Notes: a model not told the origin generated them from the sequence alone. A stretch of 64,000 bases of DNA from Candidatus Sericytochromatia bacterium S15B-MN24 CBMW_12 (GCA_002083825.1 DAZV01000014.1:1080-65079); one strand, 5' to 3'. Shown: positions 20,133-30,365, counted from the stretch's first letter. Numbers and translations are program-made.

Positions 20133-20335
20133 TCTCATAACTTCGGGTGCGAAGCGCCCCAAGCAGAAGAAGCGAAGATTCGCGGCAAGAGAAGCCGGGA
20201 TATTACGGCAATAGAAGTGGAAATTCCGCGGCTAACGGTAGCAATGCCGCGGCAAGCTGTCGCAACGAAGCCTTGAATGACTCCCAACGACGCAGCCGTC
20301 TATCGATAGCCTGCGGCAACTGGACGGAGGAACGA

Positions 20336-21298
20336 ATGGAAACGCTCATCCCGCATGCAATCGAGGATTTGCAGAGTCTCATCGGTGTCGCCACCAAGAT
20401 TCCCTCAGCGACCTCTTGGGAGTACCTGGCCAATTCCATTCGCGAGGCCCTCGCCGCCCACGCCCCGAACGTCGAGGCCGCGGTATGGCTCCCTTCTCCC
20501 GAGGGCATGGTCGCCCTCAGCGGCAAGGCTCAAGCCACCTTCGACTCCTTTGCCTCCAGCGCCGTGCTCGAAGACCTCATGCTGGAAGGCGACTTCGCCC
20601 CCATTCCCGGCGTGGCCGGTGGCTACAAGATCCCCATCCAGGCCAATCGCCAGACGTTCGGCCTGCTCTTGCTTCAGAACGTCAAGGCCGACGCCGATTA
20701 CCTCCAGAGTCTCGGACGCATCCTCGCCACGCCCATGGGCCTGGCCTTCCTGAGCAATCAGCTCGCCGACGAGGTCGCCAAGCGAACCTCCTCCGACAAG
20801 CTCACCGGCCTCTGGAACCGACAGTACTTCAACGAGCGTTTCCGCGAGGAATGCGAACGCCTGGTCCGTTCCAAGGAAACCGGCGCCGTCGCCCTCATCT
20901 CGCTCGACAACTTCCAGGCGCTCGCTCGGACCATGCCGGCCGAAGAACTCAACACCACCTTCATGGAGATAGGCCAAGCCGTTCGCCAGGTGATCCGTCA
21001 AACGGACTGGGCCGTCCGCTGGGACAACTACGACCTCCTCTTCTACTTCCCCTCCACCTCGGCCGAGGCGGCCGTGGAGGTCCTCAAGCGTTTCTCCCGC
21101 AAGCTGCTCGGCATCTCCCCCATCCTGGAGTCGCTGGCGGGTGTCAGTTCGACGGTCGAAACCACGAGCCCTCGCGCCCTCGTCCAGCTCTCGACCCGCC
21201 GCCTGGATCTCGCCCGCAAGGACGGCGGTCGCCGGGTGGTCTGCTTTGCGACCCCGGGTGGCGGCCTCCAGTTCTTCCGCGAGGGCGCGGAAGCCTAG
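20336..21298 (+). CDS. GAF-like + degenerate GGDEF-domain protein
   Basis: DKLTGLWNRQYF and LISLDNFQ mark a GGDEF fold, but the active site reads RWDNYDL; GGAGG Shine-Dalgarno before ATG 20336. Confidence 0.8.
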   Translation: METLIPHAIEDLQSLIGVATKIPSATSWEYLANSIREALAAHAPNVEAAVWLPSPEGMVALSGKAQATFDSFASSAVLEDLMLEGDFAPIPGVAGGYKIPIQANRQTFGLLLLQNVKADADYLQSLGRILATPMGLAFLSNQLADEVAKRTSSDKLTGLWNRQYFNERFREECERLVRSKETGAVALISLDNFQALARTMPAEELNTTFMEIGQAVRQVIRQTDWAVRWDNYDLLFYFPSTSAEAAVEVLKRFSRKLLGISPILESLAGVSSTVETTSPRALVQLSTRRLDLARKDGGRRVVCFATPGGGLQFFREGAEA

Positions 21299-22279
21299 GT
21301 GAGCGCCTTCGACTCCATCCTCGGCCAGGAGAGGGCCGTCCGCACCTTGCGGACGGCCCTCTCCCACCCTCATCACGCCTACCTCTTCGTCGGCCCCTCG
21401 GGCGTCGGAAAGGAAACGGCCGCAAGGGCCTTCGCCCTCGCCCTCAACTGCGAACGGCAGGTCGGTTGCCTGGACCAAGAGGGCGCCTGCCCCGAGTGCC
21501 TCGCCATCCATCATGGCAATCACCCCGACGTCCGCGTCTGCGCTCCGTCCGAGGGTAAGAGAGTCTTCTCGGTCGAGGACGTGAGAAAGCTGGTCCAAGA
21601 GGCCGGCTGGAAATCTCACCGCGGCAAGTGGAAGGTCTACATCATCTCGACCGATCTACTCAACGTGCAGGGGGCCAACACCCTCCTCAAGACCATCGAG
21701 GAGCCCGTTCCCGGGACGGTGATCCTGCTCCTGGGGCCCGCCGTCGCCGCGGTCCTGCCCACCATGGTTTCGCGCTGCCAGATCGTGCCGTTCGGTCCGG
21801 TCGCCCGCCCTTTGATCGAAGCCGAACTTTGCCGCCGCGGCGTCGCCGAGGAGCGGTCCCGGGAACTCGGCGCCCTCGCCGATGGCCGCCTGGGTTGGGC
21901 CCTGACCGAGTCCCAGCAGGAGGCCGCCCCCCCGCCGCGTCTGATCGCCCTCGCGACCGTGACCGACCGCCTGGCGGAAGCCGAACGCCTCTCCGCCCTC
22001 GACCCCGACGCCCAGCAGCGCGCGGTCGAATCGCTCATGGTGCAAGTTCGTGATATCATCATCTGGGCTGAAACGCGGCGCGACGACTTGGTCAGCCGCC
22101 CCGATCTCGCCGAGATCATGGGGGCCGGCCTTCCCCGCGATTACTGGCTGCGGATCCTGTCGCGGATTGAAACGCACCGAAGGCAGCTCCTCGGTCATGC
22201 CAACGCCAAGCTGGCCTGGACGGTGCTGGCCGGCGACCTGGCTCCCAGGGCCCGCGAAGCGGAGCGAATCTCGCATTAG
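21299..22279 (+). CDS. holB: DNA polymerase III delta-prime subunit
   Basis: HAYLFVGPSGVGK, Cys cluster, HPD, NTLLKTIEEP, LPTMVSRC. Confidence 0.92.
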   Translation: MSAFDSILGQERAVRTLRTALSHPHHAYLFVGPSGVGKETAARAFALALNCERQVGCLDQEGACPECLAIHHGNHPDVRVCAPSEGKRVFSVEDVRKLVQEAGWKSHRGKWKVYIISTDLLNVQGANTLLKTIEEPVPGTVILLLGPAVAAVLPTMVSRCQIVPFGPVARPLIEAELCRRGVAEERSRELGALADGRLGWALTESQQEAAPPPRLIALATVTDRLAEAERLSALDPDAQQRAVESLMVQVRDIIIWAETRRDDLVSRPDLAEIMGAGLPRDYWLRILSRIETHRRQLLGHANAKLAWTVLAGDLAPRAREAERISH

Positions 22280-22291
22280 AAAGGATCGACC

Positions 22292-23095
22292 TTGTCGACG
22301 ATCGGTATCCGACTTCGAAATGGCGAGCTCCGACTGCTCGATCCTCAGGACGGCTCCCTCCAGCGTCAGGACTTCGTGGTCTACGAGACCGAAAAGGGCC
22401 TCGACTGCTCGCCGGTGATTCTGCTTCCCTCCGTCGTCCTGACGGAGCACGGACAGCTTCCCACGGCGCGGCTGATCCGCAAGGCGAGCGGGGCAGACCT
22501 CAAGCAGCTCGACTCCAAGTGGACCGAGGAGGTCAAGGCCCACGGCCTCTGCGGCGAGAAGGTCTCAGCTCACGGCCTCCCCATGAAGCTCATCGAAACC
22601 GTCTACACGTTCGATTTCTCGCGCTTGACCTTCTACTACACCGCCGACCACCGGGTGGACTTCCGCGCGTTGCTCAAGGACCTCACCTCGATCTTCCGGC
22701 GCGTTCGCATCGAACTCCGCCAAATCGGCGTTCGCGATGCCGCGGGCATCCTGGGCGGAGTCGGCGTCTGCGGGCGAGAACTCTGCTGCTCGACCTTCCT
22801 CAAGGAGTTCGCTCCCATCACCATCAAGCTCGCCAAGGAGCAGAACCTCCCCATGAATCCCACCAAGATCAGCGGTCTCTGCGGTCGCCTGATGTGCTGC
22901 CTCTCGTACGAGCACGAGATGTACAAGGAGATCAAGGCCGAGCTTCCCCGGGTCGGAGACAAGGTCGGCACCCCGGACGGAATCGGCATCGTTCTCGAGC
23001 AGCTGGTGATGAAGGAATCGGTAAAGGTCGAGATCACCGATGACCTCGTGGTGATCGTCCCCCTGAAGATGCTCAACGAGGCAAAGTCATCCTAG
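22292..23095 (+). CDS. ricT: PSP1-domain / RicT (YaaT) family protein
   Basis: FYYTADHRVDFR.L.KDL, IELRQIGVRD, CGRELCC, KISGLCGRLMCCL; follows holB as in Firmicutes. Confidence 0.88.
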   Translation: MSTIGIRLRNGELRLLDPQDGSLQRQDFVVYETEKGLDCSPVILLPSVVLTEHGQLPTARLIRKASGADLKQLDSKWTEEVKAHGLCGEKVSAHGLPMKLIETVYTFDFSRLTFYYTADHRVDFRALLKDLTSIFRRVRIELRQIGVRDAAGILGGVGVCGRELCCSTFLKEFAPITIKLAKEQNLPMNPTKISGLCGRLMCCLSYEHEMYKEIKAELPRVGDKVGTPDGIGIVLEQLVMKESVKVEITDDLVVIVPLKMLNEAKSS

Positions 23096-23106
23096 AGGAG
23101 TCGCCC

Positions 23107-24351
23107 ATGTCCTTTCGCAAGCTCTCGATTCTCGCTCTGACCCTGGGCCTCACCGCCTGCGCCGGCGAAACCGGCAACCAGGTCGAGTTCTGGACCATGG
23201 GCCTCAAGCCCCAGTTCACCGGCTACATGGAAGAAACCATCGCCGCCTTCGAAAAGAGCCACCCGAGCATCGAAGTGGACTGGGTGGACCTTCCCGCCTC
23301 GGCGATCGAGCAAAAGGCCCTCTCGTCGGTGGCCGGCGGCAATCCGCCGGACCTCATCAACCTCAACCCCGCCTTCTCCTCCAAGCTCGCGCGCCAGGGT
23401 GCCCTGGCCGATCTCGGCGCGACGATTCCCGCCGACGTGCTCGCGCAGTACTATCCAGCCTCCCTGGAGGCGACCCGGATAGACGGCAAGTTTTACGGCC
23501 TTCCCTGGTACCTGAGCACCCAGGTCTCGGTCTTCAACCGCGACAACCTGGCCAAGGCCGGAGTTGCCGAGCTGCCCACCACTTACCGGGAGCTCGCAAC
23601 CCATGCTCCCGCCCTGAAGACGGCCGGCTTCCAACCCTTCATGCCGAACTTCGGGGATGGTAACAAGCTGATGGAGATGCTCTCCATGGACGGGGTCACG
23701 CTGCTCAGCCCGGATGGTAAGCACGCTGCCTTCGACACGGCCGAGGGGCGGGAATCCTTCGCGTTCTGGGTCGGGCTGTATCGAGACGGGGCGATCGCCA
23801 AGGAATCCCTCAGCCTCGACCATCGCGAGGTGGTGGACCGCTTCCAGGCGGGACAAACCACCGTTCTTCCCGCAGGTCCTCAGTTCCTTCATCTCATCAA
23901 GCAGAACGCCCCCGAACTCTACACCAAGCTCGAGGTCGGCCCTCAACTCGCCGGCAAATCGGGCAAGGTGGGTGTCGGCGTCATGAACCTGGTCGTCCCC
24001 AAGGGCGCCAAGCACCAGAGCCAGGCCATCGAGCTCGCCCGTTTCATCACCAACGCCGAGAACCAGCTCGCCTTCGCGAAGCTGGTCCCCATCCTTCCCT
24101 CGGTCAAGGCCGCAGCCCAGGCCGACTATTTCACCCGCCTTCCCGCCGATCCGAGCCTGGAGGATCGCGCCCGCCAGATTGCTAGCCGGCAACTGGACCG
24201 CGCGGAACTCCTGGTTCCCCCGCTCCCCCGCCACGACGAGCTGGCCAAGGCCCTCAACCAGGCTTTCCAGACCGCCGCTCTCGGAAAATCCCAGGCGAAC
24301 GAAGCCCTGGCCAAGGCCGCCGCTGACTGGGATCGGATCCTGAGCAAGTAG
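23107..24351 (+). CDS. Sugar ABC transporter substrate-binding lipoprotein
   Basis: Lipobox LTAC; FEKSHPSIEV, PPDLINLN, DGKFYGLPWY. Confidence 0.88.
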   Translation: MSFRKLSILALTLGLTACAGETGNQVEFWTMGLKPQFTGYMEETIAAFEKSHPSIEVDWVDLPASAIEQKALSSVAGGNPPDLINLNPAFSSKLARQGALADLGATIPADVLAQYYPASLEATRIDGKFYGLPWYLSTQVSVFNRDNLAKAGVAELPTTYRELATHAPALKTAGFQPFMPNFGDGNKLMEMLSMDGVTLLSPDGKHAAFDTAEGRESFAFWVGLYRDGAIAKESLSLDHREVVDRFQAGQTTVLPAGPQFLHLIKQNAPELYTKLEVGPQLAGKSGKVGVGVMNLVVPKGAKHQSQAIELARFITNAENQLAFAKLVPILPSVKAAAQADYFTRLPADPSLEDRARQIASRQLDRAELLVPPLPRHDELAKALNQAFQTAALGKSQANEALAKAAADWDRILSK

Positions 24352-24352
24352 C

Positions 24353-25258
24353 ATGGCCACCCACGCGAAACCTGCCCCGAGCCCGAAGCGCCGCTGGAAC
24401 CTCGCACCCTACCTCTTCATGCTGCCCGCAGGCGTGGTGCTCGGCGTCTTCTGGATCCTGCCGGCCCTGATGGCCGTCACCAATTCCTTCGCCGAATCGG
24501 ACTTCGGAGGATCCTGGCGCTGGGTCGGCCTCGCGAACTACACCCAGCTCGCGAGCGACCCGACGTTCTGGAAGGCGCTCGCCAATTCGCTCATCTACCT
24601 CGTGGGCGTCGTTCCGGCTCTCGTCGTCCTTCCTCTGCTGATCGCCATCTTGGTCAACGTGCCGATGCGGGGAATCGGTTTCTTCCGGGCGGCCTACTAC
24701 CTGCCGGTGGTCATCCCCATCGTGGTGGTGGGCCTCACCTGGAAGTGGCTCTACGCCGAGAACGGGCTCGTGAACTGGGTCGCGCAGGCTTTGTTCCCGT
24801 GGCTGCTGACGCACCCCGTTCCCTGGCTGAGCCAGCCGGAGACCGCCCTGGGCGCGGTCATGGCGGTGACGGTCTGGAAGGGCCTGGGTTACTACATGGT
24901 GATCTACATGGCGGGCCTTCAGGGGATTCCCCCCGAGATCTACGAATCCGCCGATCTCGACGGCGCCCGCCGGTGGCAGCAACATCTCTACATCACCCTT
25001 CCCTTGATGATCCCGCACATGGCGATGGTGGGAATCGTGAGCTCGATCAACGCCCTCAAGGTCTTCACCGAGATCTTCGTGCTCACCAAGGGGGGGCCGC
25101 TGGAGTCGACCACGACCATGGTCTACTACCTCTACGAGCAGGCCTTCGAGAGTCTGAACATGGGGTATGCCAGCGCCATCGGGATGGTGCTCTTCGCCAT
25201 GACCCTGGCGCTTTCGATGCTCAACAAGCGCTACCTGGAGCAGAACCAGCTCGGGTAG
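24353..25258 (+). CDS. Sugar ABC transporter permease
   Basis: Multiple TM segments; EAA loop YESADLDGA; WKGLGYYMVIY. Confidence 0.9.
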   Translation: MATHAKPAPSPKRRWNLAPYLFMLPAGVVLGVFWILPALMAVTNSFAESDFGGSWRWVGLANYTQLASDPTFWKALANSLIYLVGVVPALVVLPLLIAILVNVPMRGIGFFRAAYYLPVVIPIVVVGLTWKWLYAENGLVNWVAQALFPWLLTHPVPWLSQPETALGAVMAVTVWKGLGYYMVIYMAGLQGIPPEIYESADLDGARRWQQHLYITLPLMIPHMAMVGIVSSINALKVFTEIFVLTKGGPLESTTTMVYYLYEQAFESLNMGYASAIGMVLFAMTLALSMLNKRYLEQNQLG

Positions 25259-25325
25259 TTTGAACCAGCCGAGGGTATAACCTTCATGACAAGCGAGTGA
25301 CCCAATAGTGCTCAAGGAGAACCTC

Positions 25326-25655
25326 ATGACACAGACCGAGTCCGGCTTCAGCATCACCTCGATTCACGAGGGCGTGAACAGTTTGCTTTTCGACCTCAAC
25401 GGCCGCATCTGGGAGCTGTTCGAGTTTGCGGAGCAGGCCCGACAGGAAGCCGAGAAGGTTCTCGCCGAGGGGGCTGCCAACGTCGAGGCGGAGCTGCGCG
25501 AGGCGCTCGCAGCGCTGACAGAGACCCTTGAAAAGGCCGAAGAGATCAAGGGCACGCTTTCCAAGCAGGGCTTCGGGATCATGGGCGAAATGGTCGTTAC
25601 CCTGGGCAACCAGGTGAACGCCGTGATCCAGACCTTGATGAAGACCAAGGCGTAA
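25326..25655 (+). CDS. Hypothetical helical protein
   Basis: ORF with AAGGAG Shine-Dalgarno, typical codon use and a downstream terminator. Confidence 0.7.
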   Translation: MTQTESGFSITSIHEGVNSLLFDLNGRIWELFEFAEQARQEAEKVLAEGAANVEAELREALAALTETLEKAEEIKGTLSKQGFGIMGEMVVTLGNQVNAVIQTLMKTKA

Positions 25656-25680
25656 CCGCTCTCGCTTCTTTCAACCTGGA

Positions 25681-25711
25681 CCCCAGCCGTAGAGGCTGGG
25701 GTTAATTTTTT
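25681..25711 (+). terminator. Intrinsic terminator between convergent genes
   Basis: CCCCAGCC-GTAGA-GGCTGGGG followed by TTAATTTTTT. Confidence 0.75.
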
Positions 25712-25719
25712 GAGGCTTG

Positions 25720-27975
25720 CTATCCTTCGATCAGGACCCGCAGGTCGCCTTGCTTGTCGAGGATGCGGGTCGTGGTCGTGCCGTTGGTCTGGATGAATTC
25801 GAGGTCCACCAGGGCCGCGCCGATGCGCAGGCCGCGGATGGTCACCCGTCCGAGCCAGTCGGGCAGGGAGGGCACGTTTACCTTGAGGGTCCGGTGCGGG
25901 GCGTCCGCCTCCAGTCCGAGAGAGGCCAGCAGGAGCATGATGGGGGTGGCGGCAGCCCAGGCCTGGGGGGCGCAGGCCACGGGGTAGGGAATCGGCTTGT
26001 CGATCTCGCCTTGGCGCGCGAAGCCGCAGAAAAGCTCGGGCAGGCGATAGTAATTGAAGCGGAGGGCCGCATCGTACATGGCCGTGAAGATCATGTTGGC
26101 CTCTCGCTTGAACCCTCTGTCGGCGAAGCCCTTGGCGATGAGGGCATTGTCGTGAGGCCAGACGGTGCCGATGTGGTAGCCGATGGGATTATAGACCGGG
26201 CTATCGGCTGAAAGGGTGCGGATGCCCCAGCCCGAGAACATGGCGGGGCTCAGGAGGGACCTGACCACGTCATGGATGTGTTCGGGCGCCACGATGTTGC
26301 TCCAAAGGGCATGGCCGGGATTGGACGTGAGGGTCCGGACCGGGCGCTTGTCGCGATCCAGGGCGAGAGCGTAGAATCCGTCCTCGGTGGACCAAAAAGC
26401 CTGGTTGAAGCGGAGCTTGAGCTCCTCGGCTTCCTGAAGGAGGCGCTTGGCGAGAAGCTCTTGGCCGACCAGGTGGCAGAGTTCCGAGGCGCGGCGCTTG
26501 GCGTCGTAGACGTAACCCTGGACTTCGGCGAGGGCGATGGGGGCTTCGGCCAGACTTCCATCCGGAAAGATGACGGCGTTGAAGGAGTCCTTCCAGCCCT
26601 GGTTGCCGATGCCCTTGGGGCTGCGGCGCAGGTACTCCACGAACTTGTCGTCGTCGAGGTCTCCGTAGGTTTCGAGCCAGAGCAGGGCGGCTTCGGCGTG
26701 TTCCCACAGCTCGTGCACCAGGCTCGTGTCCCCCGTCCAGCGGTAGGTTTCGCTCAGGAGGATGAGCCAGAGCGGGGTGGCGTCCACCGTCCCGTAGTAG
26801 GGGGTATGAGGGATGACTCCCAGGCGAGCGAGTTCTCCGTATCGGAACTCGTGAAGGATCTTACCCGGCTCTTCGTCGCGGAAAGCGTCCTCGGCCTTGC
26901 CCTGATACTTGGCGAGGAAACGTAGGACACCCTTGGCGACTTCCGGACCGAGCATGAGAGTTTGCAGGCAAGTGATGAGGGCGTCTCTGCCGAACGGGCT
27001 GGTGAACCAGGGAATGCCCGCCGAAAGAAAGGGCCCCGTGGGGTAGCGGGAGGTCAAGGCGACCAGATCGCGGATGCTGCGGTCGAGAACCAGGTCGAAG
27101 ACGGCATTATCGGTCTTGATCGAGGTCTGGAAGAACTGAGAGGCCGCTCCTTGTTCCGTGATCTTCTGGACCAAGCTGGGAAAGCCGAGAACTTCCTTGG
27201 GCGGCTCGAGGCCCTCGAGCGTGTCAATCTGGTAATCGATCAGCACCTTGCCGCCGTTTGGCGGAACGACGACGTCCCAGTGAGCGACCGCGCCGACGGC
27301 ACCTAGATCGCTTTCGAGCGGCTCGATCGTGGCGGGGGGGATCTGGAAGCGGATGCGGGTCTGCAGCAAGAGCTTGTCCTCGCCCCGATACGCCAGGGTG
27401 ATGCTATTTTCGGCAAGCTGGGGCTTGAAAAAGATCCCGTGGCGCTGTCGGTGGAGTCCCCGAACCTCGAAGATATCCGCGAAGTCGGCGCGGACCTCGA
27501 GGCTGATGCGTAGCGCGACCTCGAAGACGTTGAAGTTGAGCAGCCAGACCTGCTCGCGAAAGCTGTCGGAGAGGGCGCGTGAAAGCGAGAGGTGCATGGT
27601 TTCCTGGCGGACGATTGAGCCGTCCGCCAGGGTGAGGGGTGGGTTGACGAACTCGATGTGACCCAGGTTGGTCTGCTCGGTGGATCCCGAGAGCAGCGTG
27701 GGAGTCTCGCCTGCCAAGCGAAGCTTTAGCCGGCTCAGGAAGCGGGTGTCCTCGTGGTAGAGTCCCATGCCACATTTGCAGCCGGTGCTGACCTCGCCAT
27801 CCTTGTCCGAGACCAGGAAGAGCCGACCCTGCTTGAGCACCTCCGCGTCGTGTCGGCACCCCGTGAGCATGGCGGGCATGCCCGAGCGGATGAGGTCGGT
27901 GAGTTCCTGGTCGATTTCGAGGAGCTCCCCCTCGTCCTCGTTGATCTCCGAGTCCTGATAGTGATCGCCGCTCAT
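25720..27975 (-). CDS. Amylo-alpha-1,6-glucosidase / glycogen debranching enzyme family
   Basis: DTRFLS, AGIPWF..FGRD, EEPGKILHE, YYGTVDATPL, NQGWKDS, YHIGTVWPHDN, PQAWAA. Confidence 0.9.
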   Translation of the reverse strand: MSGDHYQDSEINEDEGELLEIDQELTDLIRSGMPAMLTGCRHDAEVLKQGRLFLVSDKDGEVSTGCKCGMGLYHEDTRFLSRLKLRLAGETPTLLSGSTEQTNLGHIEFVNPPLTLADGSIVRQETMHLSLSRALSDSFREQVWLLNFNVFEVALRISLEVRADFADIFEVRGLHRQRHGIFFKPQLAENSITLAYRGEDKLLLQTRIRFQIPPATIEPLESDLGAVGAVAHWDVVVPPNGGKVLIDYQIDTLEGLEPPKEVLGFPSLVQKITEQGAASQFFQTSIKTDNAVFDLVLDRSIRDLVALTSRYPTGPFLSAGIPWFTSPFGRDALITCLQTLMLGPEVAKGVLRFLAKYQGKAEDAFRDEEPGKILHEFRYGELARLGVIPHTPYYGTVDATPLWLILLSETYRWTGDTSLVHELWEHAEAALLWLETYGDLDDDKFVEYLRRSPKGIGNQGWKDSFNAVIFPDGSLAEAPIALAEVQGYVYDAKRRASELCHLVGQELLAKRLLQEAEELKLRFNQAFWSTEDGFYALALDRDKRPVRTLTSNPGHALWSNIVAPEHIHDVVRSLLSPAMFSGWGIRTLSADSPVYNPIGYHIGTVWPHDNALIAKGFADRGFKREANMIFTAMYDAALRFNYYRLPELFCGFARQGEIDKPIPYPVACAPQAWAAATPIMLLLASLGLEADAPHRTLKVNVPSLPDWLGRVTIRGLRIGAALVDLEFIQTNGTTTTRILDKQGDLRVLIEG

Positions 27976-28001
27976 GACGCCTCCTGAAGCCTGGGGGGCG
28001 C

Positions 28002-29051
28002 CTACAGCGCCTCTTGGGACTGGATGGCGGGCTCGGCGACGAGTCGCTGATACACCTCGAGGTAGCCCCCTACCATGCCGGACACGTCGAAGCGCGCGAT
28101 GGCTTCGCGCCGGCAGTCATGCGGATCGATGGCATCCAGCCGGCTCAAGGCGTCCACGGCCTCGTTCACGGTGTCGATGATGAATCCCGTTCGCCCGTGG
28201 CTCACGATCTCGGGGATCGACCCGTACGGCATGGCGATGACCGGAGTCCCCGACGCCATGGCCTCGACCATGACGAGCCCGAAGGGCTCGCTCCACTGAA
28301 CCAGATGCAGCAAGGCGATAGCCCCCTCCAAGACCTCCCGCTTCGCCAAGCCCGCCACCTCCCCGATGAAACGAACCCTCTCCCCGTCGAGATGCGGAGC
28401 GACTTCCCGCTCGAAGTACTCCTGGTCGAAGGGATCGACCTTTCCCGCGATCACCAGGGGAATACCCGTCCGCCTGGCCGTCTCTATCGCCAGATGCGTC
28501 CCCTTCTCCGGCGAGATCCGCCCCAGAAAGAGCAAGTAGCCCTGCTTCTTCCCGCAACGGTAGGTCGCGGTCTCGATCCCGTTATGGATGGTCGCCATGT
28601 AATTGAGCGACGGGCAATCCTGCCGCTGGGCGTCGCTGATGCTCACGAACGGATGATGCGCGAAGCTCTCGAAGTAGCGAAGGTTATCCCCGTTGAAAGG
28701 CCCGTGAAGCGTACTGACCAGCCGGGCACCGGATACCTCGGCGAAGGCGTTCCCCAGCGGGCCCACGTGGTTGTGCATGATATCGAAGGTGCGATGGTGC
28801 TTCAGCGCGTTGGCGAGGTGAAGCGCCTCCGCCATCTGGCAGCTCCACGTATCGTAACCCAGGTGACGAAGCGCTCGGGGCTCCGTCCACCGACCATCCT
28901 CGGCCCCAGGCGAGTCGCCCGTCGCGAACAACGCCACCTCGTGACCCCGATCCCGCAGGCCCCGAACCAGCATGTCGACCACCCGCTCGATGCCTCCGTA
29001 GCCCGTCGGAGGCGTCGTCTCCCAGATCGGGGAGATCATTCCGATGCGCAT
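28002..29051 (-). CDS. Glycosyltransferase family 4
   Basis: PP.GYGGIERVV, LFATGDS, GRISPEKG, EPFGLVMVEAMASGTPV. Confidence 0.9.
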   Translation of the reverse strand: MRIGMISPIWETTPPTGYGGIERVVDMLVRGLRDRGHEVALFATGDSPGAEDGRWTEPRALRHLGYDTWSCQMAEALHLANALKHHRTFDIMHNHVGPLGNAFAEVSGARLVSTLHGPFNGDNLRYFESFAHHPFVSISDAQRQDCPSLNYMATIHNGIETATYRCGKKQGYLLFLGRISPEKGTHLAIETARRTGIPLVIAGKVDPFDQEYFEREVAPHLDGERVRFIGEVAGLAKREVLEGAIALLHLVQWSEPFGLVMVEAMASGTPVIAMPYGSIPEIVSHGRTGFIIDTVNEAVDALSRLDAIDPHDCRREAIARFDVSGMVGGYLEVYQRLVAEPAIQSQEAL

Positions 29052-29163
29052 TGGTTACCCCCGTCCAACCCCATCCAACCTCGTCCGCTCGATACGAACC
29101 CACCCTCACCATGACATGTCGGCGGTGCGGTTGGATGGGATGGTTTCAACAAAGGGTATCGGC

Positions 29164-30213
29164 CTAACGCGACTTCAAGCTCGCAAGGTCGATGACGAAA
29201 CGATAGCGAACATCACTTAGCCGCATGCGCGCGTAGGCCTCGTTGATGGCCTGGATCGGGATCACCTCCACCTCCGCGCCCAAGCCGCGCTCCGCGCAGA
29301 AATCCAGCATTTCCTGCGTCTCCCGGATCCCGCCTATCAGCGAACCCGCCAGCCGGCGACGCCCCATGATCAGCGCCGACGAATCCAGCGGCATCGCCTC
29401 GGGCAGCCCCACCAGCACCATCGTGCCGTCGCGACGCAACAAGCCCAAGTACGCGTTGTAATCGTGCTCCGCGGAGACCGTGTCGAGGATGAAGTCGAAG
29501 CGCCCGGCATTCTGCTTGAACGCCCGGGGATCTCCCGTAGCGACGAAGTCGTCGGCTCCCAGTCTCAGCGCGTCCTCGCGCTTGCTCGGCGAATGGCTGA
29601 GAACCGTCACGTGAGCGCCCATGGCTTTCGCCAGCTTCACTCCCATGTGCCCCAAGCCGCCGAGGCCCACGACGGCCACCCCGTCGCCCGCCTTCACCCC
29701 GAAGTGACGCAGCGGCGAGTAGGTCGTGATCCCCGCGCAGAGCAGCGGTGCCGCGCGATCCAGCGGCAGGCTGTCCGGTATCCTCAGCACGTAGGCCTCG
29801 TCCACCGTGATCCGGCCGGAATACCCGCCGTAGGTGGGTGACTTTCCGTCGCGCTCCAGGCTGTTGTAGGTGCCGGTCATCCCCCGCTCGCAGTACTGCT
29901 CCTCGCCCGCGAGGCAGGCCTCGCAGACCCGGCAGGAATCGACGAAGCAGCCCACGCCGACGGCGTCGCCGACCTTCCATCGCCGGACCTCCGCCCCCAC
30001 CTGCGCCACCGTCCCGACGATCTCGTGCCCGGGCACCATGGGATAACGCGCTCCTCCCCACTCGTCCGAGACCTGATGCAAGTCGGAATGGCAAACACCG
30101 CAGTACCGGATGTCGATCAGCACCTCGCGAGGTCCGGGTTCCCGACGCTCGATGACGGTCCGAGCGAGCGGAGAATTCGCCGAAGCCGCGGCGTAGGCGG
30201 GAGTCACGAGCAT
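29164..30213 (-). CDS. Zn-dependent NAD(P)H alcohol dehydrogenase (cinnamyl-ADH/YahK-like)
   Basis: [15 protein letters not shown], structural Zn Cys cluster, [21 protein letters not shown]; AGGAGG Shine-Dalgarno before ATG 30213. Confidence 0.92.
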   Translation of the reverse strand: MLVTPAYAAASANSPLARTVIERREPGPREVLIDIRYCGVCHSDLHQVSDEWGGARYPMVPGHEIVGTVAQVGAEVRRWKVGDAVGVGCFVDSCRVCEACLAGEEQYCERGMTGTYNSLERDGKSPTYGGYSGRITVDEAYVLRIPDSLPLDRAAPLLCAGITTYSPLRHFGVKAGDGVAVVGLGGLGHMGVKLAKAMGAHVTVLSHSPSKREDALRLGADDFVATGDPRAFKQNAGRFDFILDTVSAEHDYNAYLGLLRRDGTMVLVGLPEAMPLDSSALIMGRRRLAGSLIGGIRETQEMLDFCAERGLGAEVEVIPIQAINEAYARMRLSDVRYRFVIDLASLKSR

Positions 30214-30365
30214 GAGGTCTACCTCCTGACGCAAGGGGGGATCCCTTTCACTCTACCAACGATTCGCCAGGGAAGCCAACCGGAGCGGGGGGCTAACGCC
30301 GGGACGCCTGCATCCACCGACAAGGGGGGCGCAGGCGTCTCCAGCATCGTTCCCTCGGGGAATGG

